Shown one piece after another: positions 16,766-18,273 of a stretch of DNA of 18,273 nt (positions are counted from its first letter, which is position 1; each line of letters opens with the position of its first letter). This DNA is from Candidatus Krumholzibacteriia bacterium (GTDB lineage Bacteria > Krumholzibacteriota > Krumholzibacteriia > LZORAL124-64-63): the NCBI GenBank assembly GCA_046484865.1, contig JAWOID010000140.1, forward strand, positions 1-18,273. Direction: 5' to 3'. Under the pieces are notes generated by a model. That model saw only the letters and a list, made by a program, of their open reading frames with translations. It was not told the DNA's origin and did not search any database. A program made the position numbers and the translations under genes.

Positions 16766-18052
16766 CTAGAGCACCGTCCCGGGCGGAATCACGGTCCCCT
16801 TGGGAATCACCGTCACACCGTCCCGGAGCCAGCGGTAGGTCTCCTCGCGGTCCGCCGTCGCGGGCTGGGCGCGGATCACCACGCCGTCGCCGATGCGCAC
16901 GTTCTTGTCGATGATGGCCCGCTCGATGCGGCAGTCGCGGCCCACGCCCAGGGGCGGCGCCTCGGGTGCCAGCCGCGACGCCTCGCCGAGCACCGCCTCC
17001 CCCTCGTAGTAATCGCTGCCCAGGAGCACGACCTCGCGCAGGTACGATCCCTTGCCCACCCGGCTGCGCATGCCGATCACGCTGTCCTCCACGCGCGCGC
17101 CGTAGATCCTCGAGCCCTCCACCACCAGGCTGTCGCGGATCTCCGAACCGATGATCCGGCTGGGCGGCAGCGAGCGCTGCCGGGTGTACAGGGGCGCGCC
17201 GGCCGCGTACAGCGCATAGGGGGGCCTGGCGCGGGTCAACGAGATGTTCGCGTCGAAGAACGCGCCGATGGTGCCAATGTCCATCCAGTAGCCGGTGAAC
17301 GGGTACGCCATCACGCGATGATCGGCCAGGGCGGACGGAATCACCTGCCGGCCGAAGTCGGTCTGCGACGGATCGGCGAGCACCCGCCGCAGCACCTCCG
17401 GCTCGAACACGTAGATGCCCATGTTCGCCAGCGTCAGCCCGGCGCCCACGTCGAGCCCCCGGCGCGCGAACAGCTCGACCGGCGCTCCGAAGCGGCGGAT
17501 CACCTCCGGGTCCTGCGGCTTCTCCACGAACTCCGTCACCCGCCCGTCCGGCTCGGCCTTGAGCAGGCCCATACGCGGCGCCTCCGCCTCGGGCACCGGG
17601 TAGACGCAGATGGTGATGTCGGCGCCGCTCTCGCGGTGCTCGCGGACGAGCGCGCCGTAGTCCATGCGGTACAGGTGGTCGCCCGAGAGGATGACCATCT
17701 GGTCGGCGCCGTAGTACATCGTGTGCTGCAGGGTGGCGCGGACGGCGTCGCTGGTGCCCTGGAACCAGCTGTCGCGCTGAGGCGTCTGCTCGGCGGCCAG
17801 GATGTCGACGAAGCCGCCGGTGAAGTTGTCGAAGGTGTAGGTCTGCATGATGTGCCGGTGCAGGCTGGCCGACTGGAACTGCGTGAGCACGAAGATGCGC
17901 GTCACCCGCGAGTTGATGCAGTTGCTGATCGGGATGTCGATGAGCCGGTACTTGCCGGCGAAACCCACCGCCGGCTTGGCACGCTCCAGGGTCAGCGGGT
18001 ACAGCCGGGTGCCGCGTCCGCCGCCGAGGATGATGGCCGAGACTCCGTTCAC
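16766..18052 (-). CDS. glgC: Glucose-1-phosphate adenylyltransferase (ADP-glucose pyrophosphorylase)
   Basis: ILGGGRGTRLYPLT, AKPAV, KYRLIDIPISNCINS, WFQGTSDAVR, ILSGDHLYRMDY, FVEKP, YWMDIGT and a C-terminal beta-helix (AIIDKNVRIG). GAGGAG RBS before GTG 18052. Confidence 0.97.
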   Translation of the reverse strand: MNGVSAIILGGGRGTRLYPLTLERAKPAVGFAGKYRLIDIPISNCINSRVTRIFVLTQFQSASLHRHIMQTYTFDNFTGGFVDILAAEQTPQRDSWFQGTSDAVRATLQHTMYYGADQMVILSGDHLYRMDYGALVREHRESGADITICVYPVPEAEAPRMGLLKAEPDGRVTEFVEKPQDPEVIRRFGAPVELFARRGLDVGAGLTLANMGIYVFEPEVLRRVLADPSQTDFGRQVIPSALADHRVMAYPFTGYWMDIGTIGAFFDANISLTRARPPYALYAAGAPLYTRQRSLPPSRIIGSEIRDSLVVEGSRIYGARVEDSVIGMRSRVGKGSYLREVVLLGSDYYEGEAVLGEASRLAPEAPPLGVGRDCRIERAIIDKNVRIGDGVVIRAQPATADREETYRWLRDGVTVIPKGTVIPPGTVL

Positions 18053-18107
18053 GGGCAGACTCCTCGTCGGGAAGGGACGGTGGGACGCCGGGACGGCGCA
18101 CCGCGCA

Positions 18108-18272
18108 CCGGGCGCCGCTTGCCGCTTGCCGCTCGCCGTCGCCGCTTGCCGGGCGCCGGGGCCGCTCTCGACGTGGCCGGCAACCACGTCTGATCCCGCG
18201 CCGACGTCGATCGGCGAGCCACCGCGGCGGCGCGCGGCGCCCGGCGAGCGGCGAGCGGCGAGCGGCGCCCGG
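18108..18272. repeat. 31-bp inverted repeat made of GCCGCT(T/C) heptamers enclosing two small hairpins
   Basis: 18108-18138 is the reverse complement of 18242-18272 with 2 mismatches. Inner hairpins at 18170-18190 and 18199-18216. Confidence 0.8.
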
Positions 18273-18273
18273 C

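Overview
High-GC bacterial chromosomal window with 13 credible CDSs, all on the - strand except one. In transcription order (right to left): glgC; PflX-type radical SAM protein; DinB-family protein; exported beta-barrel-type protein; an Ogt/AlkA alkylation-repair fusion on the + strand; ElaA-like GNAT; stand-alone RsbRD_N-like sensor domain; lipoprotein; double zf-TFIIB zinc-ribbon protein; CYTH (CyaB-like) protein; stand-alone PolX-type PHP domain; atypical single-domain receiver; two overlapping exported proteins that look like the two halves of a DUF5686-type envelope protein; a large TPR-containing sigma54 enhancer-binding protein; and tRNA-Asn(GTT) with its own sigma70 promoter and terminator. 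Beyond the tRNA, GC content falls and short repeats appear, suggesting the edge of an integrated element. The most unusual items are the apparently split DUF5686-like pair next to the TPR-bEBP, an in-frame 78-81 bp repeat built on a DNA palindrome, a PHP domain missing the two His ligands of one metal site, the apparently leaderless Ogt-AlkA fusion, and a structured heptamer inverted-repeat element upstream of glgC. All family assignments come from recognising motifs by eye; no database search was run.
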